Source: Promethearchaeota archaeon
Lineage (GTDB): Archaea > Asgardarchaeota > Lokiarchaeia > Sigyniarchaeales > SOKP01
NCBI GenBank assembly: GCA_048939995.1
Contig: JBHLOY010000012.1
Coordinates: 16,281-80,280 of the forward strand
Reading direction: 5' to 3'
Length of the DNA: 64,000 bases
The stretch's first letter is position 1. Each line of letters starts with the position of its first letter. Both the position numbers and the translations under genes were made by a program. The notes below the pieces were generated by a model, which worked only from the letters and a program-made list of their open reading frames with translations, had not been told where the DNA came from and did not search any database. Below are positions 10,677-20,640 of the stretch, in pieces.

Positions 10677-11885
10677 TCAGAAGAAACCAGATGATACAGG
10701 AGATTGTAATCGTATTAGTTTCTGGCTATTATCTTCTAATATAGTGATTAAGGCTGAAATATCTTGTTTTGTTCTAAAAATTACTTCTTTTTCTTCATTA
10801 ATTTTCCAAATATTAAAACCAGTTAAATTAGGAGCAGTCTCGAATAGACCTTCTTGAAGTCCAGAAATTCTCACTGTAACTCCTTTTAGATTTTCTTTTG
10901 AAATATTTTTGATTTTGACCTTATATTTCTCCAAATCAGAGTCTATTGAGACTACCTTATAAGTTTTCTGAAATTTAGAGGAAATTCCATCAAATAAAGT
11001 AGGGGCTGCTGATGGTGTTCCAGAGAATAAATCAATTTCTTTCTTATTATCTCCAGTTGGTTTTGAAACTATTGTTATTGGAAGTTCAAAACTGATTGGC
11101 TCACGGCCATATTCGAATTTTGTTTTTCCAATGATTAATAATGAATATTGTGTATAATCTCCGAATTTAAATCCCCAGTACTCTTTTTCAGTTGGTTCCC
11201 ATAGGTAATTATGAGAAGGTTCAGCAATTTCCGGAACTTTTAATAATAAAAATCCCTTTTCAATGTCTGAAGTTTTCGCATCACCAGCAATCGCAGGAGG
11301 TAGCTCTTCCACCTTTCTACATTTTTGACCATATGTATCACAGAAACACACTAGATTTGATTTTTGTAAAAGCCGTACCTCGATATGTTTAAGTACATCA
11401 GATGAAAAGCTAACTTTAATTGTTTCTCCTGGTTTAAACAAATCCTTACTAAGGAGCACATTAAGTCCAGAAATTGAAAAGGAAATAGGGTTAGATTGTT
11501 TTCGTTGAGCAACTGAATCTCGTGATCTTATTTCTACTTTTTGTGTTCTATTAATAACTAAATCATCATCTGGATCAGTAGGATGTGGTTGCCTAACAAT
11601 TAATTTGAGTTCATATTCCAAATTACGATTCTTGATTGTCGGTACTACATTAGTTTTTATTAATAGAGAGCGTTCTCTAGTATATTCTCCAGCCTCAAAA
11701 TGGCCCTTTGAGAAGATTTCTTCTTTTGAGATTTGTAATTCCTTTACGCAAGGTGGTTGTGTGATTAATTTAATCCCAGCCCATAGAATAGATGTATCCT
11801 CTTCAAATTTGAAATTAGTTCTCACATTAAGTTTATCTCCTATAGAAACCGAACCGTTATTTAAATCTTGGAGCTCTAATTTCAT
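10677..11885 (-). CDS. Arrestin-like beta-sandwich protein with an extra C-terminal Ig-like domain
   Basis: All-beta pattern: SVSIGDKLNV (N-domain start), LEYELKLIV, LSKDLFKPGETIKV (C-domain start), FELPITIV (domain end); Cys-rich insert CFC-x6-C. Confidence 0.6.
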   Translation of the reverse strand: MKLELQDLNNGSVSIGDKLNVRTNFKFEEDTSILWAGIKLITQPPCVKELQISKEEIFSKGHFEAGEYTRERSLLIKTNVVPTIKNRNLEYELKLIVRQPHPTDPDDDLVINRTQKVEIRSRDSVAQRKQSNPISFSISGLNVLLSKDLFKPGETIKVSFSSDVLKHIEVRLLQKSNLVCFCDTYGQKCRKVEELPPAIAGDAKTSDIEKGFLLLKVPEIAEPSHNYLWEPTEKEYWGFKFGDYTQYSLLIIGKTKFEYGREPISFELPITIVSKPTGDNKKEIDLFSGTPSAAPTLFDGISSKFQKTYKVVSIDSDLEKYKVKIKNISKENLKGVTVRISGLQEGLFETAPNLTGFNIWKINEEKEVIFRTKQDISALITILEDNSQKLIRLQSPVSSGFF

Positions 11886-12088
11886 AATTTTAATTAGCTT
11901 ATGAGCTTATGAAGTTCACTATATTATAATCAATAGTTGAATTTTCTTAATATATATTATTAATTGCTAAAAAAAATAGAAGTTCTGCTTTTATTATTTA
12001 TGATTTCTTTCATTTTTAGAAAGATAAATAGTGAATTACATATTCTATCACTTAATAAGAAAACATCAGATAAAAAATTAGAATTAAC

Positions 12089-12790
12089 GTGATACAGTAC
12101 GAATATAAAGCAATCCTATTTGACCTAGATGGAACTCTGATTGATGTAGACTTGAAAAAATTTATTCCAAATTACTTAAAGCTTTTAGCAAATAGTATTT
12201 CCCATTTAGTCCCTCCAAACAAAGTAATTCCTAAAATTTTAAAAGTTTCAGAGGAAATTAATCAAAATGACGGAAAAATTACCAATGAACAAATCTTTAT
12301 TAATAAATTTTTTCCGATAGAAGGCTTTAATCAAGAAGAAATTCAACCATTGTTTGATAATTTTTATGAAACTAAATTTTCAGAATTACGTCAATACACC
12401 ATTAAAAAACCTGAAACACGAGCATTAATGCATAAGGTATTTAAAAAGGGATACCAAGTAGTCATTGCAACAACCCCTGTACTTCCTTTGACAGCAATCC
12501 AGCAAAGACTTGATTGGGCTGATGTTGGAGACTTTGAATACAATTTGATTACTACTATAGAAAATTCTCGAGCAAATAAACCAAATCCTATTTATTATAG
12601 ACAAATTATAGATTATTTAGGACATTCTGCAAAGGATTGCTTAATGGTTGGTGATGAAGATAAAGATATGGCAGCTAAAAATATTGGATGCCAAACTTTT
12701 CTAATTTATAGTTCTAATACGGATGTAAATAACGAAACTCCCAAGCCTAATTACACTGGAACTTTAGAAGATTTAATTAAAATGCTCTAA
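12089..12790 (+). CDS. HAD-superfamily hydrolase
   Basis: FDLDGTL, ATT, KP and VGDEDKD motifs. Confidence 0.92.
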   Translation: MIQYEYKAILFDLDGTLIDVDLKKFIPNYLKLLANSISHLVPPNKVIPKILKVSEEINQNDGKITNEQIFINKFFPIEGFNQEEIQPLFDNFYETKFSELRQYTIKKPETRALMHKVFKKGYQVVIATTPVLPLTAIQQRLDWADVGDFEYNLITTIENSRANKPNPIYYRQIIDYLGHSAKDCLMVGDEDKDMAAKNIGCQTFLIYSSNTDVNNETPKPNYTGTLEDLIKML

Positions 12791-12812
12791 TCTTAATTAA
12801 AAAATAAAGATA

Positions 12813-12968
12813 TTATTTAAGATAACTCACTCTTCTTACTTTTTTAACTTGTTCTTCTTTAGAGGGATCAAGGAGTTGCTCATGGTTCTTCTCAAGTTTA
12901 GATTTTACACATTCTTCGCAATATTTCAACCAAATTTCAGAATTTTTTTCTGGTTTTCGATTACTCAT
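12813..12968 (-). CDS. Possible small protein (51 aa) with CxxC
   Basis: Below the ORF-track cut-off: MSNRKPEKNSEIWLKYCEECVKSKLEKNHEQLLDPSKEEQVKKVRRVSYLK; fills an otherwise empty gap. Confidence 0.45.
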   Translation of the reverse strand: MSNRKPEKNSEIWLKYCEECVKSKLEKNHEQLLDPSKEEQVKKVRRVSYLK

Positions 12969-13154
12969 GATATATGCCTTGATTAGGATAATTAGAAAAT
13001 CTCATTATTCTAACATAGTTTTTTAATTAAAAACTTTTTTAAAACGATATAATATCTATGGATATGTTACAAAAATTACATATATGAAAAAATTTAAATA
13101 AAAATTCTAATGTATGAGAAAGAGTTGGTTATAAGTAAAAATAATTTTTCTAAT

Positions 13155-13745
13155 TTAGAATTTCCAAGTGACTAAGTCGTCATCATATTCTTCAAACTTA
13201 AGATTTTTAATAAATTGATAGGATTTAGGATTCTTCTTGTATACTTTACATCTTAATTCTTTAACACTTCGTTTTTTGAAGTATTCCCAAACTGTTAAGC
13301 CTAATAATGTACCTAATCCTTTATGCTGAAATTTAGGAATAACTCCTAAACCAGCGATTACACCTACTTCATTATTACGCCCAGAAAAATATATAAGAGC
13401 AAAACCGCAATCAATAGAGTTCGCTTGAGCTATTAAGAAAATAATATCAGGGTCTTCCATCATTTCACTTAAGTTTTGTTCATTTAGGTTATGATAAGGC
13501 ATTGAAGTAGAATTCCATGCTAATTTATATAGCTTAGTTATACTTTTAATATCTTCCTTATTAGCTTCTCTAATATTATATCGTATATTGTTCTCATTTA
13601 TTCTTTGTCTCAACTTATTCTCAAAATCTTCTGTAATCGCATCTACAAGAAGTCTCATCTGAATATAATCAGATTCACTTTTCAAAGTTTCTTCTACATT
13701 TGAAGTAATTCTTGTAATAAGGTTTCTAAACCATTCCATAATCAA
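13155..13745 (-). CDS. GNAT family N-acetyltransferase
   Basis: IREANKED, LGVIPKFQHKGLG (motif A), N..SY.F...L.F. Confidence 0.88.
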   Translation of the reverse strand: MIMEWFRNLITRITSNVEETLKSESDYIQMRLLVDAITEDFENKLRQRINENNIRYNIREANKEDIKSITKLYKLAWNSTSMPYHNLNEQNLSEMMEDPDIIFLIAQANSIDCGFALIYFSGRNNEVGVIAGLGVIPKFQHKGLGTLLGLTVWEYFKKRSVKELRCKVYKKNPKSYQFIKNLKFEEYDDDLVTWKF

Positions 13746-13871
13746 AAGAATTGGAAATTATAATAATTATAATAATAAAGAGTGAAGAACTCATAAACTC
13801 ATTCAAATTGTATTAAGATATCAAAATAATAAATAATAATATTTTTTAGAATAAAAAAAATTTTTTTATTT

Positions 13872-14696
13872 TTATTCATAGAGAGGTGAACCACAGGTTC
13901 CACAATACCTACCACCTTTTTCAACTTCTGATCCACAGTGTGGACAGAAATTCATGGATACGCTTGCTTTTGGTTGTTCTGGGGTATATGGAGTTGAATA
14001 AGTAGATGGAACAGGAACCTTAGGAGGTTGTGGTGCTTCTGGGATAGTAGGAGGAACAACCTTTTTTGAAAATGTTGGAGCGACTTCAGCAAGAGAAGAC
14101 AGCTTAAAATATCCTACTATATACATTATATATCCAATTATGATAGGGACAATTAAAAATCCGAGTGCCCATAATAGTGCAGCTGAGCTTAAATTGCTTG
14201 CTCCCTCATTGATACGAATATACCATCCGGGAGGAAATTGATCTTTACTTACATAAAAGTAGCTTTTAAGATTTTCCCAGCCACCTTTTTCTATTCCGCA
14301 ACCGATAATCATAAGAATAAATCCAGGAACTAATGCGCTTAGGATTAAGGGATTGAAAATTCCTAGCGGAAATGGAAAGTAATAATAATAATACATATAA
14401 GAACCTGTGATAAATCGCCCAAGTATAAATATAAAAGCAATATTAACCAATATCAGACCTATAAATTTAATTATCGCAGCTGCTAAATATTTCGAACTAA
14501 AACTACTGAGATATGGACTTCTTAATTGCTGATTTATCGCTTTGATGCGGCTAACTGCTATACAAACAAAGATTAGAATAATTAGATTAGCAACAAAGGC
14601 AAAAAAAGGTATTACGATGAAAATGCTAAAAATAGCTACGATTCGAATATTCTTCCCGAAGCTATACCATTTCAGTTCTAAATTATCATTTGACAT
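13872..14696 (-). CDS. Multi-pass membrane protein with C-terminal double zinc ribbon (DUF973-like)
   Basis: About 6 TM segments, Pro-rich linker, CPHCG...CGTCG. Confidence 0.8.
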   Translation of the reverse strand: MSNDNLELKWYSFGKNIRIVAIFSIFIVIPFFAFVANLIILIFVCIAVSRIKAINQQLRSPYLSSFSSKYLAAAIIKFIGLILVNIAFIFILGRFITGSYMYYYYYFPFPLGIFNPLILSALVPGFILMIIGCGIEKGGWENLKSYFYVSKDQFPPGWYIRINEGASNLSSAALLWALGFLIVPIIIGYIMYIVGYFKLSSLAEVAPTFSKKVVPPTIPEAPQPPKVPVPSTYSTPYTPEQPKASVSMNFCPHCGSEVEKGGRYCGTCGSPLYE

Positions 14697-14831
14697 TTAT
14701 TTAAACCTTCTAATTAATTGGTTTCTTTAAGGATAATAACACTAAAATAATTTAAATAGTTTTAGGAGACCAATTTTTTTTTGTCAATCTTTCTTAAATG
14801 AAAAGTAATAAGAAAAAATTTTAATTAGAAC

Positions 14832-15650
14832 TTATTCTTTCTTTAATGAAGAACCACATACTCCACAAAATCTCGCTTCTAATGGTACTCTTTCTCCGCA
14901 CATTGGGCAAAATTTAGCTAAACTAACTGGTGCTTCCTCTAAGGAGTCCGTTGATGGTAATTGTGGCTCAGGTTTTAGCTCAACTTCTGCTTTGACTTTT
15001 AAAGTTTCTACAGGCTTATGAATTTCTGCTACTCGATAGAAAGATGCCAATTTGAAGTAACCTATAGCCTGAAAAATGAAGCCTATAAATATTGTGATAA
15101 CTAAAAATCCTAAAGCTAACAATAATGCTCCAGTATGGGATTTATTCGCACCATCTATTAGATCTCCATAAACTGACTGTGGAACTAAATCTTGATTTTG
15201 CTGTAAAAAAGATGTGAAAAGTTTCCAAGCGCTCATTTCAGTTGAGGATCCAACAATAATAAGAATATATCCTATAAAAATTGCAATTGCTGCACCGATT
15301 ATAAAAACTGTGGAAGGTGTGAAATAAAACCAAGGAATACCTCCATATATTCTATTTCGAATGAAGATGAGGATGGGAATCATTAAACTTCCAATTATAC
15401 ATATAATCATTCCGACTACTCTAGTTAGAATTCCATTAAGCAACTTTCTACGAAATTCCTCGAGTGTTGGATTGTTAAGCCCTTTATTTATATCTCTAAG
15501 ATCGGCTGACATTAATATAATGATTATGAATGTAATAACCATACCTATTAAAGAGAGATAAGGAAAAATACTAAGAATAGCAGCAATTCCTAAGATTCGC
15601 ATGTATCTTCCAAAATCATAAAATATGTTTATTTTCCTTTCAGATGACAT
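14832..15650 (-). CDS. Paralogous multi-pass membrane protein with C-terminal double zinc ribbon
   Basis: Shares FG..RI, ALL.ALGFL..I.IG.I....GYFKL with its neighbour; CPMCG...CGVCG. Confidence 0.8.
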   Translation of the reverse strand: MSSERKINIFYDFGRYMRILGIAAILSIFPYLSLIGMVITFIIIILMSADLRDINKGLNNPTLEEFRRKLLNGILTRVVGMIICIIGSLMIPILIFIRNRIYGGIPWFYFTPSTVFIIGAAIAIFIGYILIIVGSSTEMSAWKLFTSFLQQNQDLVPQSVYGDLIDGANKSHTGALLLALGFLVITIFIGFIFQAIGYFKLASFYRVAEIHKPVETLKVKAEVELKPEPQLPSTDSLEEAPVSLAKFCPMCGERVPLEARFCGVCGSSLKKE

Positions 15651-15769
15651 AATAAATCAACTTTAAATAATATTCTAGTTTAGGTAAAAATGGAATCTAA
15701 TATATATATAATTATAGTAGTCTGATCTTTGATTGTCAGCTTTATAATATATTTTAGGAATAGTAATAA

Positions 15770-16984
15770 TTAGCTAAATAATTCTAATTTATCTGACTCT
15801 TGTGAAGTTTTTTTCATAATTTTCGATGTGGCTTTTACAAAATCATCATTATTTATTTTATTTGAATCTCTTCTGATAGCAAACATTCCCGCTTCAGTGC
15901 AAATTGATTTAATATCTGCTCCAGTGGCATTTTCAGTTAGTTTAATTAATTCTTTATAATCAACATTCTCCTCAACATTTAGGAATCGTGTATGAATTTT
16001 AAAAATTTCTGTTCTTGATGCCTTATTAGGCATTGGTAATTCTATAATTCTATCAAACCTCCCAGGTCTTAATAAAGCACGATCTAAAATGTCAATACGA
16101 TTTGTAGCTCCAATAAATTTAACATTCCCCCTCATGTTAAAACCATCTAATTCACTTAACAATTGCATTAATGTTCTTTGAACTTCTCTGTCTCCAGAAG
16201 TGGCATCTTCCATCCTCTCGGCAGCTATTGCATCTAATTCATCAATAAATAGAATTGTTGGGGCTTTTTTTCTTGCTAATGTAAAAATTTCTCGTACATA
16301 ACGAGCACCCTCACCAATAAACTTTTGTACTAATTCTGAGGCGATTACCCTAATAAAGGTCGCTTTTGTTTCATGAGCTACAGCTTTTGCTAATAATGTT
16401 TTACCTGTACCTGGAGGACCATGAAGTAGAACTCCTCTCGGAGGATCAATTCCCACTTTCTCAAATAATTCTGGTTTTAATAAAGGTAATTCTACTGTTT
16501 CTCTTACTTCCTGTATTTGGTCATCTAAACCACCAATATCATTGTAAGATACATCCGGTATAGTATCAACTAATTCCATTCCTCTGATAATTGGATCTAA
16601 ATGTGTGGGTAATATTTCCATAACAGAATAAGTATTTTGATTTAAGGCAACATTTAATCCGGTAGTAAGGTTTTCTTCTCTCACATTTTTACTTGTATTT
16701 ACAACAAAACTGGAGCCAGTAGAAATATTTATTATTACTCTCTCTTTTTTCTCATCCAAAATGTCTATTATAGTACCAGTTATTAGAGGAGCCTCTCTTA
16801 GATGCCCCATTTCATTTCTTAAAGTATTTAAATCATGTTCTAATTTTAAGCATTCAGTTTTTAGAGTTCGCCTTTCACTTTCAAGATCTTTTATACGTTT
16901 CTCTAAATGATTGACATAATTTGTGAGGTATTCCTCATCTTTCATGTCTTTCCTTTTTCTATCGTCTCTTCCTGTAGATTGCAT
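15770..16984 (-). CDS. pan: Proteasome-activating nucleotidase (AAA+ ATPase)
   Basis: N-terminal coiled coil and OB domain, GPPGTGKT, ELVQKFIGEG pore loop, FIDELD, LLRPGRFDR, GADIKSICTEAGMFAIR. Confidence 0.95.
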   Translation of the reverse strand: MQSTGRDDRKRKDMKDEEYLTNYVNHLEKRIKDLESERRTLKTECLKLEHDLNTLRNEMGHLREAPLITGTIIDILDEKKERVIINISTGSSFVVNTSKNVREENLTTGLNVALNQNTYSVMEILPTHLDPIIRGMELVDTIPDVSYNDIGGLDDQIQEVRETVELPLLKPELFEKVGIDPPRGVLLHGPPGTGKTLLAKAVAHETKATFIRVIASELVQKFIGEGARYVREIFTLARKKAPTILFIDELDAIAAERMEDATSGDREVQRTLMQLLSELDGFNMRGNVKFIGATNRIDILDRALLRPGRFDRIIELPMPNKASRTEIFKIHTRFLNVEENVDYKELIKLTENATGADIKSICTEAGMFAIRRDSNKINNDDFVKATSKIMKKTSQESDKLELFS

Positions 16985-17240
16985 GTAAAAATAAAGTAAA
17001 TTTATGTTATTATCTGCTTTTTATAAAATTATTCCAAGTATTTATTCTTTGTTTATTGCTTTCAAAATTCTAAAAGTAACTTTACAGATAAAAACTAAGT
17101 CTTTTCTCAAATATGTAAATGATTATTAATTAATACTTTTATAATTATATGTATAGGATCTCAATAATCTAATCAATATGTCTAATACCAAAATTAGAAA
17201 AATTAGATATTTGGATAGATAAATAACATTGTAGACAATT

Positions 17241-17900
17241 ATGACTAGTTTCAAAACTGTGGTTAATAATTTACAAAAACATTATAAAGATGCTGAATCG
17301 GTTGCAATTATCAGTAAATCAGGAAAGTTGTTATATTGTACAAAAAATTGGAACATAAAAGGGGATATAAGTAATTTATTATCAAGATGGGCTAGTGGGT
17401 CAGCACAATCAGTATCAGTAGATTCAATTCGATATTCCATAGTTCAAATGGAACCAGAAAGGTTTATAGCTACAAATCGGCATAATAAAGGACATTTAAT
17501 TGGTGCTACTACCCCTGATGGAGAAAATTGTATGGTTGCTCACATTAGGTCTAAGGCAAAGGGTTGGTTTCACCTGGCATATCCTGCAGTTGCCAGGGCA
17601 GCAGCTATGTTAAAGAAGGGATCTACTTCTGAATTTGTTAAAACTGAGATCGACTTTTCAGAAGAACCAACAAAAGGAAAAATCAAAAAATCGGAACAAT
17701 ATACCACGTATGGTTATACTACTTCTGCTCCTATGATGGATCTAAATCTAAAGGCAGAAATAGAAGCATTTTTAGAATGGATCAAAAATCCAGATGGACT
17801 GAGAGGCTATCTTTCTTACTACTTACAAACAAATGATCAATATTTCCTTTCTAAACTTGCTGAAATTTATCAAGATTTATATAGAATCTTTTATCCTTAA
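17241..17900 (+). CDS. Asgard profilin-domain protein with about 95-aa C-terminal extension
   Basis: Residues ~1-125 (AIISKSGKLLYCTKNWNI...SVSVDSIRYSIVQMEPERFIATNRHNKGHLI) match the remembered Loki profilin pattern (AII.K.G.....T.NWNI...S.S...I.Y.IV....ER.I.TN...KGH). Confidence 0.8.
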   Translation: MTSFKTVVNNLQKHYKDAESVAIISKSGKLLYCTKNWNIKGDISNLLSRWASGSAQSVSVDSIRYSIVQMEPERFIATNRHNKGHLIGATTPDGENCMVAHIRSKAKGWFHLAYPAVARAAAMLKKGSTSEFVKTEIDFSEEPTKGKIKKSEQYTTYGYTTSAPMMDLNLKAEIEAFLEWIKNPDGLRGYLSYYLQTNDQYFLSKLAEIYQDLYRIFYP

Positions 17901-17960
17901 TTCAATAGCTGTCAATTATTAATAAATCTACTTTTAAAAAGAATAAGATATAAATTTTTT

Positions 17961-18878
17961 TCAATCTGTATGAGCAGATATAATTAAATCTGCAAATAGT
18001 TTCATATCATTTAATAGCGTATTTAGCTTATCTTGAGATGTTCTATCTAAATCTCCGGTCTTCATTATTAATACTGAAATAATATATTTGAATATATGTA
18101 GTTCAACTTCTTTTCCTTCATCGTTTCTTCCTTTAAATACAGCCGAGTCTGACATAAAAATATTCTCTCTTACTGTATTACATGAATTTATGAAATCCCT
18201 TAAATCTCCTCTTAAAGTTAGACCACTACTTACACCTTGTACATTGTGTACAATAACATTACCGGAAACATCAGAGATTATGATTTTTGCTTTAATTTCT
18301 TCTAATTGCTCTTCGGCTTTCTCAACATGAGCTTTTAATTCTGAATAGCTTGAAATTAATATATCTCTAAAAACTTTAGCTAACTCATCTTGTAAGTAAA
18401 TGCTTGTGAGCTTATAATCAAAATCATATTCTTTAAACATATCTAAGAAAATTTCTTTTGCCTTCTTAACATTTGTATCAAGAAGCTCTTTTTGATAATC
18501 TTCAGTATCATATTTATGAAGGAAAAGGAAGATTTTCGGCTTTTCATTATTTTTTCGATATATATCTAGCAATCCATTGAAGTATTCCTTAGCTTGTATA
18601 AAATCTTTAGGTGAATGTAGGTCCACCACAGGGATTAGAATATCTGTTCCTCTTATTACTTCCGGTTTTTCCATATACTCTTTTCGATATTGTTCTTGTC
18701 CGCCAAAGTCAAAAATTCCGACTTGCAAGCCTAGAAATGGATGTCTTCTAGTTTCATACAATATGGTTGGGCTTAAACTTTTTGTGTCTTCTGCACTTTT
18801 TTCAGCAAAAGCAACTGAATAAAGACTCGTTTTACCACAACCACTCAAGCCAACTAAACTTATTTTCAAGGAGCACAC
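17961..18878 (-). CDS. Rag/Gtr-like small GTPase with C-terminal roadblock/longin-like domain
   Basis: GLSGCGKTS, T..L.PT, DFGGQ, HKYD (Rag-type G4), TSIY (G5); about 120-aa C-terminal alpha/beta domain (IIISDVSGNVI). Confidence 0.85.
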   Translation of the reverse strand: MCSLKISLVGLSGCGKTSLYSVAFAEKSAEDTKSLSPTILYETRRHPFLGLQVGIFDFGGQEQYRKEYMEKPEVIRGTDILIPVVDLHSPKDFIQAKEYFNGLLDIYRKNNEKPKIFLFLHKYDTEDYQKELLDTNVKKAKEIFLDMFKEYDFDYKLTSIYLQDELAKVFRDILISSYSELKAHVEKAEEQLEEIKAKIIISDVSGNVIVHNVQGVSSGLTLRGDLRDFINSCNTVRENIFMSDSAVFKGRNDEGKEVELHIFKYIISVLIMKTGDLDRTSQDKLNTLLNDMKLFADLIISAHTD

Positions 18879-18958
18879 ACCTTTTTATGGGTTCTTTACT
18901 ATTTTCTTTTTTTATATAATTAATTATTTCATTTAATCTTTTATTAAATTAGATCGTT

Positions 18959-20458
18959 TTATTTTTCTTCTTTAGGTGTTAGTTTAAAAGTCCTTGAGAA
19001 GATTTTACCATAATCCTCAGTTGAAGCTTCAACTAATACATTTCCATATACAATTTGTCCATCCTTTTCTTCAAGAGGATATCCAATTTCTATAGTTTCG
19101 AATGGAAATAATTCTTTTATGGTAGTAACCCATGGTCGTTTTTCAAATAACTCTTCTAAACTAACAATTCTAATTTTTGCGTCTTCTAAAACATAACCAA
19201 TAGTATTTGTAATTGAAATATTTAGAATTTTATTTTCTTCATCAATATCTTTAGATACGCTTAAGAATTTTTTACTTCCTAAAGTTGGTGTTACTGCAAC
19301 TTGATCGTCCTCAGGTTTAGTTTCAATTCTAGGTTCTTCCTCTGCCATGTCTTTCACTATAAAGACCTTACGTTTTTGAACTGTATATTGGGATACCTTC
19401 TTTAATTTTGCTAAAAATAAGACTGAATTCAAATTAATTGCATTGAATGAATCTATTTTTAAATATCCTTTCTTGGCAGCATCTTCAATTATTTCTGCCC
19501 CAAGACCAGATCTAGCGAAAACAGTATTTTTATTAGGACCACTACCAACAGAACCCACAGAAATATCTGCTTTTTCAGAAGTCAAGTCTACGCAAAAATT
19601 GCAACTTGAAGACTTAAATTTATCTAGCTCTTTTATAGTGTAGGATTTCACCGGATTACTCTCGGGATCATAATAAATATGAAATTTACCTTTATTAATA
19701 TCCATTTTCTTAACTTTTGAGAGATCAATTCCATCTTTTTCAAAAAAAGGATAAATAGCCTCCGGGGCAAAAGAATCCATACAGAAGATACCAATCGTAA
19801 AGATATGAGCTCGCATGAAATATTTAAGCATTCCAGCTGGAGAATTCAGCATTTTATATACCGCATCGATATTACATGGAGTACCCACGAATGCTATTGA
19901 ATGGAATCCTTGTCGGATAGCCTCCATTAGAGCCTCTACTGTTTGGGAATGACAATAAATTGAACCACTTGCTTTAATTGCATCATTTTTATTTGTGACT
20001 ATTTGAGCTACGGGATACCATGGTTTTTTGGGATCCTTCATAGTTACAACAGCAGCATCAATTAAATGTTCATCAAATAAATAAGAGAGGAGTGAAGTAA
20101 CTGTACCACCATCTTGAGCTCCAATTACTTCCGGAATATTAGTATTTGCTACATAACCATTTTTGAATTCACCCATTAGTTGGATTGGGTCAGTAATAGT
20201 ACGTGGACACTGATTATAACAGATTCCACACCCAGTACACTTGCCTATTAACTTTGGTTGACTTGTAACATAGTCCCATTCAAGGACAGGACATACAGCA
20301 GCACAAGTCCCGCATTCCGTACAAATACCAGCACGGATTATTTCTTTCATTAGCATTCCATAGGAATCCTTTTTACCTTCCAGTTTCTTTTGAATATAAT
20401 CGAAAGAATATTCGTATTGGGACGATTTTTGATTTTCCTCAGTTTTATTCTCAGTCAT
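18959..20458 (-). CDS. F420 hydrogenase/dehydrogenase beta-subunit (FrhB/FdhB) family protein with ferredoxin domain and C-terminal Ig-like extension
   Basis: CTECGTCAAVCP, CTGCGICYNQCP, QDGGTVT, VGTPC, IGIFCM, CNFCVD...ADISVGSVG. Confidence 0.88.
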   Translation of the reverse strand: MTENKTEENQKSSQYEYSFDYIQKKLEGKKDSYGMLMKEIIRAGICTECGTCAAVCPVLEWDYVTSQPKLIGKCTGCGICYNQCPRTITDPIQLMGEFKNGYVANTNIPEVIGAQDGGTVTSLLSYLFDEHLIDAAVVTMKDPKKPWYPVAQIVTNKNDAIKASGSIYCHSQTVEALMEAIRQGFHSIAFVGTPCNIDAVYKMLNSPAGMLKYFMRAHIFTIGIFCMDSFAPEAIYPFFEKDGIDLSKVKKMDINKGKFHIYYDPESNPVKSYTIKELDKFKSSSCNFCVDLTSEKADISVGSVGSGPNKNTVFARSGLGAEIIEDAAKKGYLKIDSFNAINLNSVLFLAKLKKVSQYTVQKRKVFIVKDMAEEEPRIETKPEDDQVAVTPTLGSKKFLSVSKDIDEENKILNISITNTIGYVLEDAKIRIVSLEELFEKRPWVTTIKELFPFETIEIGYPLEEKDGQIVYGNVLVEASTEDYGKIFSRTFKLTPKEEK

Positions 20459-20640
20459 AATTATTTAATAAAGATTTAATTAAGAATTTCAACAATTCAA
20501 AATCTATGTAAAAGAAATGGAATACTGAAAATAAAATTTATTAATTAATTTAATAGATTTAGGAGAGGATAAGCTTAATTTTAATAAACAGAATTAAGTC
20601 ACCTATAAAATTTTACTTAGACATAATATGGAATTAGGTT

